NCBI GenBank assembly: GCA_965237525.1
Contig: CBDEFO010000008.1
Location: 928,001 to 992,000, forward strand
Direction of reading: 5' to 3'
Origin: Candidatus Latescibacterota bacterium
GTDB taxonomy: Bacteria; Latescibacterota; CBDEFO01
DNA length: 64,000 nt
Shown here: in pieces, positions 33,860-44,316 of the stretch
Numbering within the stretch: position 1 is the first letter of the stretch
Layout: each line of letters begins with the position of its first letter
Notes under the pieces: model-generated
The model's database searches: none
Seen by the model: only the letters and a program-made list of their open reading frames with translations
Told to the model about the DNA's origin: nothing
Program-made: the position numbers and the translations under genes

Positions 33860-35097
33860 ACAGAAAATTAAAGATTATCCTTCCACTCGTTGTCCTCGCT
33901 CTGGGAATTGTGGGCTTAATAGTGTTAGTTAAAGCTCGGACGGCTGTCGAATCCCGACCAGCAGCAGTCCCCGCACCGCTGGTTCGGCTTCTCACCGTGC
34001 AACGCCAGAACCTTCAACTGAGGGTTCGCTCGCAAGGGAGCGTTACTCCTCGCACCGAAAGCACCCTGATCTCTCAGGTATCTGGACGCGTGATCGCTGT
34101 ATCTCCGGCATTTGCTGCGGGTGGCTTCTTTGAGTCCGGTGACCTCTTAGTCACCATCGACCCAAGTGACTACGAACTGGCGTTAGTGCGCGCGCAGGCA
34201 CAGGTAGCGCAGGGGAGGCTACGCCTGGCGTGGGAGAAAGAAGAGGCAGACGTAGCCCGCCATGAATGGGAGCTCCTGGGACAGGGAAAGGCTCACCCGT
34301 TGGTCTTACGACGCCCTCAATTAGCACAGGCCCGAGCTGACCTGGCCGCTGCCCAAGCTGTCTTGCAGCAGACCCAACTCGATCTGGAGCGCACCGAGAT
34401 CCGCGCGCCGTACGCCGGCCGAGTCCGCACAAAGAGCGTTGACGTCGGCCAATTTGTAAACCGAGGTGCACCTTCAGCGAAAATCTACGCAGTCGATTAC
34501 GCCGAGGTCCGACTGCCTATTCCCGATGATCAGCTCGCCTTTTTGGACCTGCCGCTCGACTTTCGAGGAGATACAGCACACCGCCGCGGTCCGGAAGTCA
34601 TCCTGAGTTCGACCTTTGCCGGCCGTCAGCACAGTTGGACAGGCCACATCGTGCGCCTCGAGGGAGAGATTGACCCGAAAAGCCACATGGTCCACGCCGT
34701 CGCGCGGGTCGAAAACCCCTACGGCCGCGGCGACGAACCCCAAAGGCCTCCGTTAGCTGTGGGCCTCTTTGTGGAGGCTGAAATCATTGGCCGACTGGTT
34801 GAAGATGTAACCGTGGTGCCGCGTGGAGCGATGCGGAGTCACAACCAGATCCTGGTCGTCGATGATGAAAACCGGCTCCACTTCCGCACTGTCGAGGTCC
34901 TACGCGCCGATAAGAAGGAAGTGGTAATCCGCTCGGGACTGACCTGCCAAGAGCGTGTCTGCCTATCTCCGCTGGACGCTGTGACGGACGGAATGCGGGT
35001 GCGCACTATGTCCGATGAATCCCCTATTGAATCTATAGGGGATGAACCTATGGGAGATGAGGATGCCTCTGCTGTGATCCGAGGGGTTGCAAGATGA
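33856..35097 (+). CDS. RND periplasmic adaptor (MFP)
   Basis: N-terminal TM, SQVSGRV, IRAPYAGRV lipoyl halves, coiled hairpin. Confidence 0.93.
   Translation: MNRKLKIILPLVVLALGIVGLIVLVKARTAVESRPAAVPAPLVRLLTVQRQNLQLRVRSQGSVTPRTESTLISQVSGRVIAVSPAFAAGGFFESGDLLVTIDPSDYELALVRAQAQVAQGRLRLAWEKEEADVARHEWELLGQGKAHPLVLRRPQLAQARADLAAAQAVLQQTQLDLERTEIRAPYAGRVRTKSVDVGQFVNRGAPSAKIYAVDYAEVRLPIPDDQLAFLDLPLDFRGDTAHRRGPEVILSSTFAGRQHSWTGHIVRLEGEIDPKSHMVHAVARVENPYGRGDEPQRPPLAVGLFVEAEIIGRLVEDVTVVPRGAMRSHNQILVVDDENRLHFRTVEVLRADKKEVVIRSGLTCQERVCLSPLDAVTDGMRVRTMSDESPIESIGDEPMGDEDASAVIRGVAR
35019..35043. repeat. hairpin micro-element within MFP coding sequence
   Basis: ATCCCCTAT-TGAATCT-ATAGGGGAT, encoding SPIESIGD. 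Confidence 0.75.
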
Positions 35098-38000
35098 ATC
35101 GCGCCATCGCCTGGTTTGCCGAAAACAGTGTCTCTGCAAACCTCCTTATGTTTCTGATCTTGGGGGGCGGTCTTTGGACCGCTATGAGCCTTAAGCAGGA
35201 GATCTTCCCCGAGTTCTCGTCCGATCTTATTACGGTCTCCGTAGTCTATCTCGGCGCCGCTCCTGAAGAGGTAGAAGAAGGTGTCTGCATACGCATTGAG
35301 GAGGAGATACAGAGCCTTGAGGGCATTAAGCGCATCACCTCCACCGCCGTGGAGGGTGTCGGTGTTGTAACGGTGGAACTTTTGCCTGGAGTTGATACTC
35401 GCAAGCTCCTTGACGACATCAAGAACCGAGTTGACGCTATCGATACCTTCCCTGAAGAGACCGAGAAACCGGTTATCCAGGAGGTAATAGTTCGCCGCCA
35501 AGTCATAAACGTTGCCATCTTGGGCAATGCCGATGAGGTAACGCTCAAATACCTCGGCGAACGAGTTCGGGACGAGATCGCCGCCCTGCCCGGGATAACC
35601 CAGGTGGAACTCTCAAACGCCCGGCCGTATGAGATCTCCATCGAGGTCTCCGAAGATGCTCTGCAGCGCTACGGCCTCACCTTCGATGAGGTCGTCCGTG
35701 CGGTGCGCCGCTCGTCTTTGGACCTTCCGGGAGGGTCTGTGAAGACTTCAGGAGGCGAGATACTGCTGCGCACCAAGGGTCAGGCCTACCGAGGACCCGA
35801 ATTTGATGAGCTTGTCCTCCGCTCCTTCCCGGACGGCACACGACTCAGATTGGGCGACGTCGCACAGGTCGTGGACGGCTTTGCTGACACCGATCAGTCT
35901 GCGCGTTTCGACAGCAAGCCTTCTGTTATGGTGCAGGTCTTCCGGGTCGGGGAAGAGAATGCATTAGAGATCGCCGAAGCGATCAAGGACTATGTCAGCC
36001 AGGCTCAGCCCCGCATGCCTGAAGGGATTACTCTGACTATCTGGCAGGACTTTTCAAGGATCCTTAGGGGCAGGCTCGACCTGCTGATCCGCAACGGCCG
36101 GGCGGGTCTGGTTTTGGTCTTCCTCTCTTTAGCTCTCTTTTTGCGGCTGCGCCTCGCCTTCTGGGTCGCACTGGGGATTCCGATCTCCTTCCTGGGAGCC
36201 ATCTGGCTGATGCCGACCTTCGACGTCTCGATCAATCTCATCTCGCTTTTTGCCTTCATCGCTGTGCTCGGAATCGTCGTCGACGACGCCATCGTCATCG
36301 GTGAGAACATCTACACGCATCAGCAGAGAGGCAAAAAGGGCCTGCGCGCCGCTGTCGACGGTGCCCAGGAGTTAGCAATGCCGGTGATCTTCGCGGTTAT
36401 GACCACAGTAGCGGCCTTTGCTCCCCTATTGAGCGTGCCGGGGAACATGGGCAAGATTATGAAGTTCATTCCGCTCATCGTGATCCCCACCCTTTTATTT
36501 TCCCTTGTGGAGTCGCTGTTCATCTTGCCCGCACATCTGTCTCACTCCCGGTCGAAGGGACATCCGGATCCGTCTCGGGGCATACGCGGCATCTGGGGGA
36601 GATTCCAGGAGGGCTTCGCGGGAAAGTTGCGGCGCTTCATCGACACGGTCTACCGGCCTATTTTAGAGCTGGGCCTGCGCTGGCGTTATCTTACACTTGC
36701 TATCGGCGTGTCCATCTTACTTATCACTTTCGGTCTGGTCGGCGGCGGCTGGATCAAGTTCCTCTTTTTCCCGAATGTGGATGCGGCTAACGTAGTTGCT
36801 CTCTTGACTATGCCGCAGGGGACGCCTGTCGAGGTCACAGCCGATGCCGTGCGCCGCCTTGAAGAGAGTGCCCAGAAGCTGCGCAAAGAACTCGAAGCCG
36901 AAGGCGGCGGAATACACCACGGAGTCTTCCGCCACGTCCTGGCTTCTATCGGTGAACACCCCTTTAGCGCAAGTCAGAGCCCTCCGGGCCAAAGCACCAG
37001 CTCCTTTTCAGGCGCCCATCTCGGAGAAGTCAACATCGAACTGGCCCCTTCTGAGGAGCGGAGCATCACCAGTCCCGAGATCGCCAGCCGCTGGCGCAAC
37101 CTTACCGGCCCTATCCCCGACGCTCAGGAGCTGACCTTCACCTCGTCTCTCTTCTCCACCGGCGAGGCCATCAACATCCAGCTTGCTGTCCCCGATAGAT
37201 TCAATCGGGGATTAGACTACGATCAGTTGAAGGTAGTGGCGGACGAACTTAAGAGAAGGTTGAACAACTATTCCGGCGTCATCGACATTAGAGACTCCTT
37301 CCGACCCGGCAAACAGGAGGTCGAACTCTCCATCACGCCTGCCGCTGAGGCTTTAGGTCTTTCCCTTTCTGATCTTGCGCGCCAGGTGCGACAAGCCTTC
37401 TACGGAGAAGAGGCACAACGCATCCAGCGCGGCCGCGACGACATCCGGGTAATGGTCCGTTACCCGGCCGATGGTCGGCGCTCCCTCGGCGACCTGGAAA
37501 ACATGCGTATCCGAACTCCCTCCGGCGGGGAGGTTCCCTTTTCCGTTGCGGCAACCGCCAAACTCGGGCGCGGCTATGCTGCCATTCAACGCACTGACCG
37601 CCGGCGCACCGTCAACGTCACAGCCGATGTAGATCACAGCAAGGCCAATGCAAATGAGATATTAGCCGATCTTACCGGTTCGGCCCTGCCTAAGCTGCTC
37701 GCAGACCATCCTGGGATCAGCTACTCCCTCGAAGGCGAACAGCGGGAGCAGAGCGAAACTTTAGATGGCTTAAAACACGGCTTTGGGATCGCCCTGCTGA
37801 TGATCTATGCCCTTTTGGCTGTTCCCTTCCGCTCCTACATACAGCCTTTAATCGTTATGGCCGCTATCCCCTTCGGCATGGTCGGAGCGATATGGGGACA
37901 CATCATAATGGGAATGGACCTGACCATCCTGTCGATGTTCGGGATCGTTGCGCTTACAGGTGTGGTGGTGAGCGACAGTTTGATCATGGTCGATTTTGTC

Positions 38001-38315
38001 AACCGCACACGGGCGGATGGAACCCCCATAGAGAAGGCACTTCGGCAGGCAGGTGTGGCTCGCTTCCGTCCCATCTTGCTAACATCCTTAACCACCTTTG
38101 CCGGACTCACGCCGCTGTTGTTAGAGAGGAGCCTGCAGGCGCAGTTCCTTATCCCCATGGCCATCTCCCTCGGGTTCGGAGTCCTGTTCGCGACCTTTAT
38201 TACCCTGTTGCTCGTCCCCGTAGGCTACTTCATCCTTGAGGATCTCAAGCACCTGGGCGCAAGGCTACTCGGGAGGCAGGATGAAGTTGAGGAAGAGATA
38301 GAACAGGTGGCGTAG
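35094..38315 (+). CDS. RND permease (AcrB family)
   Basis: 1073 aa; GIVVDDAIVIGEN, RFRPILLTSLTT. Confidence 0.96.
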   Translation: MNRAIAWFAENSVSANLLMFLILGGGLWTAMSLKQEIFPEFSSDLITVSVVYLGAAPEEVEEGVCIRIEEEIQSLEGIKRITSTAVEGVGVVTVELLPGVDTRKLLDDIKNRVDAIDTFPEETEKPVIQEVIVRRQVINVAILGNADEVTLKYLGERVRDEIAALPGITQVELSNARPYEISIEVSEDALQRYGLTFDEVVRAVRRSSLDLPGGSVKTSGGEILLRTKGQAYRGPEFDELVLRSFPDGTRLRLGDVAQVVDGFADTDQSARFDSKPSVMVQVFRVGEENALEIAEAIKDYVSQAQPRMPEGITLTIWQDFSRILRGRLDLLIRNGRAGLVLVFLSLALFLRLRLAFWVALGIPISFLGAIWLMPTFDVSINLISLFAFIAVLGIVVDDAIVIGENIYTHQQRGKKGLRAAVDGAQELAMPVIFAVMTTVAAFAPLLSVPGNMGKIMKFIPLIVIPTLLFSLVESLFILPAHLSHSRSKGHPDPSRGIRGIWGRFQEGFAGKLRRFIDTVYRPILELGLRWRYLTLAIGVSILLITFGLVGGGWIKFLFFPNVDAANVVALLTMPQGTPVEVTADAVRRLEESAQKLRKELEAEGGGIHHGVFRHVLASIGEHPFSASQSPPGQSTSSFSGAHLGEVNIELAPSEERSITSPEIASRWRNLTGPIPDAQELTFTSSLFSTGEAINIQLAVPDRFNRGLDYDQLKVVADELKRRLNNYSGVIDIRDSFRPGKQEVELSITPAAEALGLSLSDLARQVRQAFYGEEAQRIQRGRDDIRVMVRYPADGRRSLGDLENMRIRTPSGGEVPFSVAATAKLGRGYAAIQRTDRRRTVNVTADVDHSKANANEILADLTGSALPKLLADHPGISYSLEGEQREQSETLDGLKHGFGIALLMIYALLAVPFRSYIQPLIVMAAIPFGMVGAIWGHIIMGMDLTILSMFGIVALTGVVVSDSLIMVDFVNRTRADGTPIEKALRQAGVARFRPILLTSLTTFAGLTPLLLERSLQAQFLIPMAISLGFGVLFATFITLLLVPVGYFILEDLKHLGARLLGRQDEVEEEIEQVA
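37189..37211. repeat. hairpin micro-element inserted in-frame in RND permease
   Basis: TCCCCGAT-AGATTCA-ATCGGGGA, encoding VPDRFNRG. Confidence 0.85.
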
Positions 38316-38321
38316 AAATTG

Positions 38322-38373
38322 TCCGGATTGATCCCGGATTGAACCCCCAATAGATTCAATTGGGGGTCGGGGA
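38322..38373. repeat. nested hairpin micro-elements downstream of efflux operon
   Basis: TCCCGGATTGA[ACCCCCAAT-AGATTCA-ATTGGGGG]TCGGGGA. Confidence 0.75.
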
Positions 38374-38383
38374 TTGAAATAGA

Positions 38384-38427
38384 AACAGCGACCGTGACGG
38401 ACTCTTTACGCCCATTCGGTCGCTGTT
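38384..38427. terminator. hairpin between convergent genes
   Basis: AACAGCGACCG ... CGGTCGCTGTT 11-bp stem with a large loop. Confidence 0.45.
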
Positions 38428-38466
38428 GAGTTTAATGTCCTCCGGAAGACCTATCTTCCGTGCAGA

Positions 38467-40853
38467 TTATAGATTGATTCCTGCTTTTGATGATTTTGCT
38501 ATAAGATAGTTGATGAATCCTGAACAGGTGACTAACATAAACTTTGCATCTTCAAAATCCAGCTTAGTCTCGTCCAACAGATTATGACGTATTCCGTCCG
38601 CCTCACTCGTATATCCATACAGATTATCAAATGCTTTCTTCAAAGCAGGATGCAGTTCTATTTTGTTTTCTATTTCTTTTAGGGCTTTCCCTAGTGTCGC
38701 CTTAGGGTCATTCGCTATTAATTTGCAAATTGCCTCAACAGCACTTATAGACTCCTTCATAGAATTCCTGTAATCAGGAGATTGTCTATCTGCAAGCAGT
38801 TTCAATGCTGTTTCCAAGTGGATACTAACGGGCTTTAGCGGTATCTGCAACGCCTGATCTATTTCAGAGATTTCTTCTTCTGATGTTAATGGGGTAATGT
38901 TCCCTCCAACAAAACGATATGCGGATAGTTCCTGCTTCAACACAGAATTACAAGCATTCATAAACTTGGAGTTTAAAGAGACGGAAGGATGTGTATTAGC
39001 AACAAATTCTATAAAATCATAAACCTTGCACCATTCGCAACTAAAGAAATATTCTCTTATTCTTTTGTAAGTTTAGACCAATAATCTTCTAGGGTATCTA
39101 AAGGCCACTTAAGACAGCTATGCCATAATTGCCTTACCAAATGATTCATATTCCTGTTACAATCAAGGGACAGAAAGGGACCTGTAATATGACCACGGAC
39201 GCCCTCTTTTACCAGACCCCAATAAAAACCTGTTAAAGCATTCCACAGACAATTTCTCAGCTCGTTATCTATAGAATCAACTTGTATATTCTTAACCTTA
39301 AAAGCCTTGTGAAATAGTTATGTCCCAGGCAGCGTCTGAAGCGCCGATTATGGGTCAAAGAGTAGCATATCGTATCGTTTTGCTGTGGAATAAGCAAAAT
39401 AGTCTTATCAGAGTTCTGGTCAGCAAGGAATAGGAGCTGTTTGAAGAACAGGATGCACTGTCTTTGACAGACAGGGCACACATAGACGCTTTCCCCCTTC
39501 TTATGAAAGATACAAGCCTCTTGAGATTCTGTACTGTTGCAACAAGATTCAACTGTTCATTCAGTGAGGCTGGTCCTCTATAACGGGCTCGTCCCATACC
39601 GTGTTGTTGCCTGGCTTCAGCAAAGATATGTTCACTGCGTTTACGGAGTCTCCGGGAGAGTTTGTAGTCAGCTGTTAATGAGATAGACCGTGCATGATTT
39701 CTGGCTTTCGCCTCTCGCACTTTTCTATCCCGTTCGGCCTGAATATGTGCTGGATTTGTCTTGTTTTTCCATGTAGGAATCGGTTCAATCTTCTCATCGG
39801 CTCGCAGAGGAATATGGGGTATGATTCCCCGGTCAAGTACATCAGCGATAAAATTACCAGAACCGTAACCGGTATCGGCACTAAGTGTCTGAATGTCTTT
39901 GGGCATGATGTATGTTTCAAGGTCATCTACCATCTTAAGGGCACTTTCGGGCTCTGCTGTCCCTGTCGCCTGCGTGCCCTGAGTCTCAAGGATTACTCTG
40001 CTTTTTGTGTCGATCAGATCATGGCCCATAAACGAGAGAAAAGCCCCTTTGCCCTTCGATTTGCTGTATAAGCGCGCGTCGGGGTCTGTAGTCGAACGGT
40101 GTGTTTGGTGTCGTCCACTTTTCACCATGAAAGTCTTTATCCTGAGGATGCCCGGACCTACCCTTTGTCTTATCACCTTCAAAACCGATTCCCTTGAGAT
40201 AATCATCAAGAGAAACAGGGGGTTCTATCGGCTCAATACTTTTCACTGAAGCATCAGCTTGTATCTGAGTGCCGTCGACACTAAGGTGTTTACCGCTCAC
40301 AACACCGACATCTATGCAACACTGGACTACCTGACGCATTATCCGTTCAAACAACCCACTGGATGCCCACTTGTGATTGCGAAGCTTGTTGATCGTGCTC
40401 CTATCCGGAACCGCATCATCAAATGTCTGATGACAAAACAACCGATATGCCGCATGCATCCCCACTTCCTGACAGAGCCGATTCTCACTCAAATTATACA
40501 GATAGCCAATAAGGATCATTCGAACAACTAATTCAGGATCAATACCGGGTCTGCCATTGTCAGGGCAATAACAATCTGATACAACGTCTCGTACAAATGA
40601 AAAATCAACTGCCTCATCAATCTGACGAAGGATATGATCCTCGGGAACTAAATCCTCCATCTGAAAATAGTGAAACATCGGATTTGTCTGTTCCTGCTTT
40701 TGTGGGGTCATTGTTTCCTCCATGTATAATATTATCAATAACATAATATAATACATCGGAACTGCTTTATCAATGCTTGTTCTATACTACTTTCTGAATC
40801 TAAGGGTTTTTCACAAGGCTTTTAATACCTTCTCTTTGAGAAAATAACATCAT
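38467..40853 (-). pseudogene. AbiJ-NTD4-like putative defence protein, split by IS copy 3 and frameshifted
   Basis: Reconstituted MMLFSQREGIKVKNIQVDSIDNELRNCLWNAL...; later WCKVYDFIEF and YGYTSEADGIRH; extra frameshift near 39075. Confidence 0.7.
39302..40821 (-). mobile_element. IS1182-family element, copy 3 (+1 frameshift; TTAA target duplication)
   Basis: Same TIRs; 1520 bp; extra base near 40110; TTAA at 39298-301 and 40822-25. Confidence 0.95.
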
Positions 40854-40936
40854 TTTCCTTCCCTTTTATAGTTCCCCAAGGCACTCGATTTCATCCAAAT
40901 AAATTGTGTCCTCTAAATTCAAAGTTCTCCGACCCC

Positions 40937-41578
40937 TCAATATCTATCTTTTCTGGACAATTTACTGGTAAGCTCATGTCCCAAAGATGTAGCCACCCAT
41001 CTTGTGGCGTAGAGGTCCCGTCCCGGATGCGAGTACCTGCACCGAGTCCACCCGATAGTCTTTCCGCTTTGCAGGTGGATCAGTGAAACATCTATCACAT
41101 TCTCCCGAGGCGACATCATCCCTCCCTGAACCCTCCAAGAACAGAGCAGAACGGCATCAAGACCCATCAGATTCGACAACGCCTTTAGATTGTTCCATCC
41201 CCAAAGATCGACTATGACGTGCAGCTTCAAATTATTGGGACCAAAAGTGCCCACAAGCGGAGCAAATACATCTCTCGTACGCTCTATCTGCGCTCGTCCT
41301 GCCAACTCGAATCCGTAATCCAGATAATTTGCAAGATAGACCGGTATACGGTCGGCTAAGGTCAGGTGGTCAGCGTTCCTGGGATCGCTCGGAAGGATGC
41401 CGATGTAAGAGGGCAGTTGGTAGGTGCTGTCCATCCACGTCTCGATAAATATGCCGCTATTGTGAAGCCGTGCCAGTTCCTCTTCATACGAGAGCTTCTG
41501 CTTCGACGAGCCGCACGAGGAGGAGAGCGCACATATAAATAACCCCAGAACGGATAGTATTATAAATCTTATTTTCAT
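40937..41578 (-). CDS. hypothetical lipoprotein
   Basis: MKIRFIILSVLGLFICALSSSC signal with Cys; start chosen within ORF 40937..41602. Confidence 0.6.
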   Translation of the reverse strand: MKIRFIILSVLGLFICALSSSCGSSKQKLSYEEELARLHNSGIFIETWMDSTYQLPSYIGILPSDPRNADHLTLADRIPVYLANYLDYGFELAGRAQIERTRDVFAPLVGTFGPNNLKLHVIVDLWGWNNLKALSNLMGLDAVLLCSWRVQGGMMSPRENVIDVSLIHLQSGKTIGWTRCRYSHPGRDLYATRWVATSLGHELTSKLSRKDRY

Positions 41579-41647
41579 CTGGATGCTCTTGAGGGCAGAC
41601 ACATGGGTCTGCCCCGACTGCCTTAGCCTTTCCCTGTCTACTGTCTA

Positions 41648-42886
41648 CTATTCTGGTGTGCCGCGCATCACGCATCCTAAGGCATAATTATCATCAAAAT
41701 TTTCCTCACCTACCCTCGACACATCCTCTATGGACACGTCATCTATCAACTTAGGATACTCATCCACAAAGCCGTATCCCAGTCCGAAATGTTCGTAGTG
41801 CGCCAAAAGAGAGGCCTGACTGCTGTTCCCCTCTTGACCCATGATAAATGTCCCTTTAAGATAGGTCTTAGAAAGCCTTAGTTCCTCATCAGTAACAGGC
41901 AGAGAGGCGATCTTTTTTATCTCCTGTAGAATCCCATCTTTCGCCTCCTCAAACTGATCCACACTCGTCCCTATATACGACACAAACAGGCTCGGACCCG
42001 GCCTTGCCGCATACATGGACCCCACCTGATACGCCAGACCCCTTTTGTCCCTCAACTCCACAAAGAGCCTGGAATTCATAGAACCGCCTATCACTCCGTT
42101 TAATACCTCCATAGCGGCGTAGTTGTCGTCCGTTATCCTCGGAGCGTTATATCCTATGCCGATCCACGCCGCCTGACTCTCCCTCTCCTTAAATAGGGCC
42201 GCGGGTTCCACTCGACGAGGCACTTCTGTGTCCATCCCTTCAGGTTTTTCGGGTGAAGTTTTCACGTCGAACCTCTTTTGTACTTCTCCGACTAATTCTT
42301 CGGCATCCAAATTTCCTACCGCAGAAAATATCATATTCCCCGGCACATAGTGCTTGCGGAAGAATGGTTCGATGTCCGCCCTTTCAAATCTCTTAACTGT
42401 CTCAGGATAACCCAAAAGTGGCTTGTGATAGGGGTGTACCCCGTAGTGGACTTCCGCTAAAAGCTCCATAGCCTTTGACATTAGCTGATCCTCTTTTGCC
42501 GCTATCTCTAAAAGCGTCTGTTCCTTTTCTTTGTCCACTTCATCTGAGGGGAACGTGGGATTCAGGAGGACATCGAACAGGAGATCCAGACCCACATCCA
42601 GTCCCTGAGTCGTGCACAAAAGATACACGCTCCCGGAATCCCTTGAAGCGGAGGAGGATAATTTGATCCCTGCCGAATCTATCTGGTTCATCAATTCCTC
42701 GGCGCTCCTGTTTTCCGTCCCCTTCAAAAGCACACTCTGAGTCAGATTCGAAAGACCCGCCTCTTCGTCACTTTCGTAGGAACTACCCATTCCCACTAAC
42801 ACTGACAGCGCGATTATATCGTTAGCCTTTGACTCCTTCGTCAGCACCTTCAAACCGCTATCCAAAGTTACAAGCTCAGCTCCCAT
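41648..42886 (-). CDS. M16 family peptidase, non-catalytic subunit
   Basis: GLSNLTQSVLLKGT (no HxxEH), SRLFVELRDKRGLAY. Confidence 0.9.
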   Translation of the reverse strand: MGAELVTLDSGLKVLTKESKANDIIALSVLVGMGSSYESDEEAGLSNLTQSVLLKGTENRSAEELMNQIDSAGIKLSSSASRDSGSVYLLCTTQGLDVGLDLLFDVLLNPTFPSDEVDKEKEQTLLEIAAKEDQLMSKAMELLAEVHYGVHPYHKPLLGYPETVKRFERADIEPFFRKHYVPGNMIFSAVGNLDAEELVGEVQKRFDVKTSPEKPEGMDTEVPRRVEPAALFKERESQAAWIGIGYNAPRITDDNYAAMEVLNGVIGGSMNSRLFVELRDKRGLAYQVGSMYAARPGPSLFVSYIGTSVDQFEEAKDGILQEIKKIASLPVTDEELRLSKTYLKGTFIMGQEGNSSQASLLAHYEHFGLGYGFVDEYPKLIDDVSIEDVSRVGEENFDDNYALGCVMRGTPE

Positions 42887-44162
42887 TTTCCTGCCCCTTC
42901 GGCTTCAGGTAACACAACGTATAAGCGTTGGGATCACAATACTCGTTTACTGCTTGCTCTACATCTTGGGCAGTAACCTTCTCGATTCTCTCTACGTGTT
43001 CCAGGGCCTCTTCCACACTTGAAATCGTCTCGTACTGCCCCAGAGTGCCCGCTATGTTAGAATCCGTCTCGTTGGAATACGCGAAATCGTTTTTGATCAT
43101 GGTCTTGGCCTTGTTCAGCTCGTCTTCATCCACCAACTCATCCCTCATCCTTTCCACCTCTTCTATCACAACTTCCTCCACCTTCTTCAGGTTCTCGTCC
43201 CTGAACTCCGCCTCTATAGCTAATGTTCCTGCCATACTTAACGGCCATAACCATCCGGTTGCCACGGAAGCCAACTGATCTTTCTCCACTAACCTCTGAT
43301 GGAGCCTCGAACTTTTCCCCTCTCCCAATATGGTGGATGCTACGTCCAAAGTGTACATATCGTCCAATTTCTTCCTTCCTAAGTTGGGGAATCCTATCAG
43401 TAGATAGCCCTGATTTACGTCCTTTTCCACCACCTGACGCCTGATTTCTTCTTGAGGTTCAAATTCGAAGCTCGCAAGTGCCGCCTCTACCTCTGGATTC
43501 GCCTTCCAGTTGGATGTCAATTTCTCAATCTCTCCTACAATCTCAGCCTCATCTATGTCCCCTACTATGGCGAGTACCATGTTATTCGGGCAGTAGAAGG
43601 TCTCCAGATCCGCCAGGAAATCCTCTCTGCCAATGTTGTCCAACGATTCATCGGTCCCCAAGATCGGCATCTGGTAAGGACTCCCCCTGAATATCTCCTC
43701 TGTGAACATATCCGAGATCTTACCTCCCGGGCTATCCTCTTTGCGCTTGATCTCCTCCTTGATTACGTTCCTTTCTCTGTCTACTTCCTCCGGGTCGAAG
43801 ACCGAATTTACCGTGGCATCGTACAAAACGTCAAAGGCTGTGGCAAAATTCTGGCTCGGCACCACCACATAATACGCTGTATATTCCGACCCTGTAAAGG
43901 CGTTGTTATATCCTCCTAATTCCTTTATCGCCCTGTCCATCTCTCCCACACCCCTTTCTACTGTCCCCTTGAAGAACATATGCTCAAAAAAGTGAGAGAT
44001 GCCGTTGAGTCGGGGACTCTCATTGACCGACCCCGTCCGAGTCCAGAAATAGACAGCCACAATTGGAGTCGTATGAACTTCCTTGACGATCACGGTCAAG
44101 CCGTTGTCAAGGACCCTCCTTGTAAAGGGCTCTAAAGGCGACTTATAGACTTTTTCGGACAT
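42876..44162 (-). CDS. M16 family zinc peptidase, catalytic subunit
   Basis: GISHFFEHMFFKGT, NAFT, ERNVIKEE. Confidence 0.94.
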   Translation of the reverse strand: MSEKVYKSPLEPFTRRVLDNGLTVIVKEVHTTPIVAVYFWTRTGSVNESPRLNGISHFFEHMFFKGTVERGVGEMDRAIKELGGYNNAFTGSEYTAYYVVVPSQNFATAFDVLYDATVNSVFDPEEVDRERNVIKEEIKRKEDSPGGKISDMFTEEIFRGSPYQMPILGTDESLDNIGREDFLADLETFYCPNNMVLAIVGDIDEAEIVGEIEKLTSNWKANPEVEAALASFEFEPQEEIRRQVVEKDVNQGYLLIGFPNLGRKKLDDMYTLDVASTILGEGKSSRLHQRLVEKDQLASVATGWLWPLSMAGTLAIEAEFRDENLKKVEEVVIEEVERMRDELVDEDELNKAKTMIKNDFAYSNETDSNIAGTLGQYETISSVEEALEHVERIEKVTAQDVEQAVNEYCDPNAYTLCYLKPKGQENGS

Positions 44163-44316
44163 TATATCCTCTCTTTCTAAAAGTTTATCGGATACTATCG
44201 AGCTTTCCCTTTTCCCCATGCATATTAACATATTCCCCCTCATATAGCAAGCCCTTTTTAGACCTTCACAAATGTCTTGACCGAAGTTTCACTTTGATGT
44301 ATTATTCCTTAGAAAC

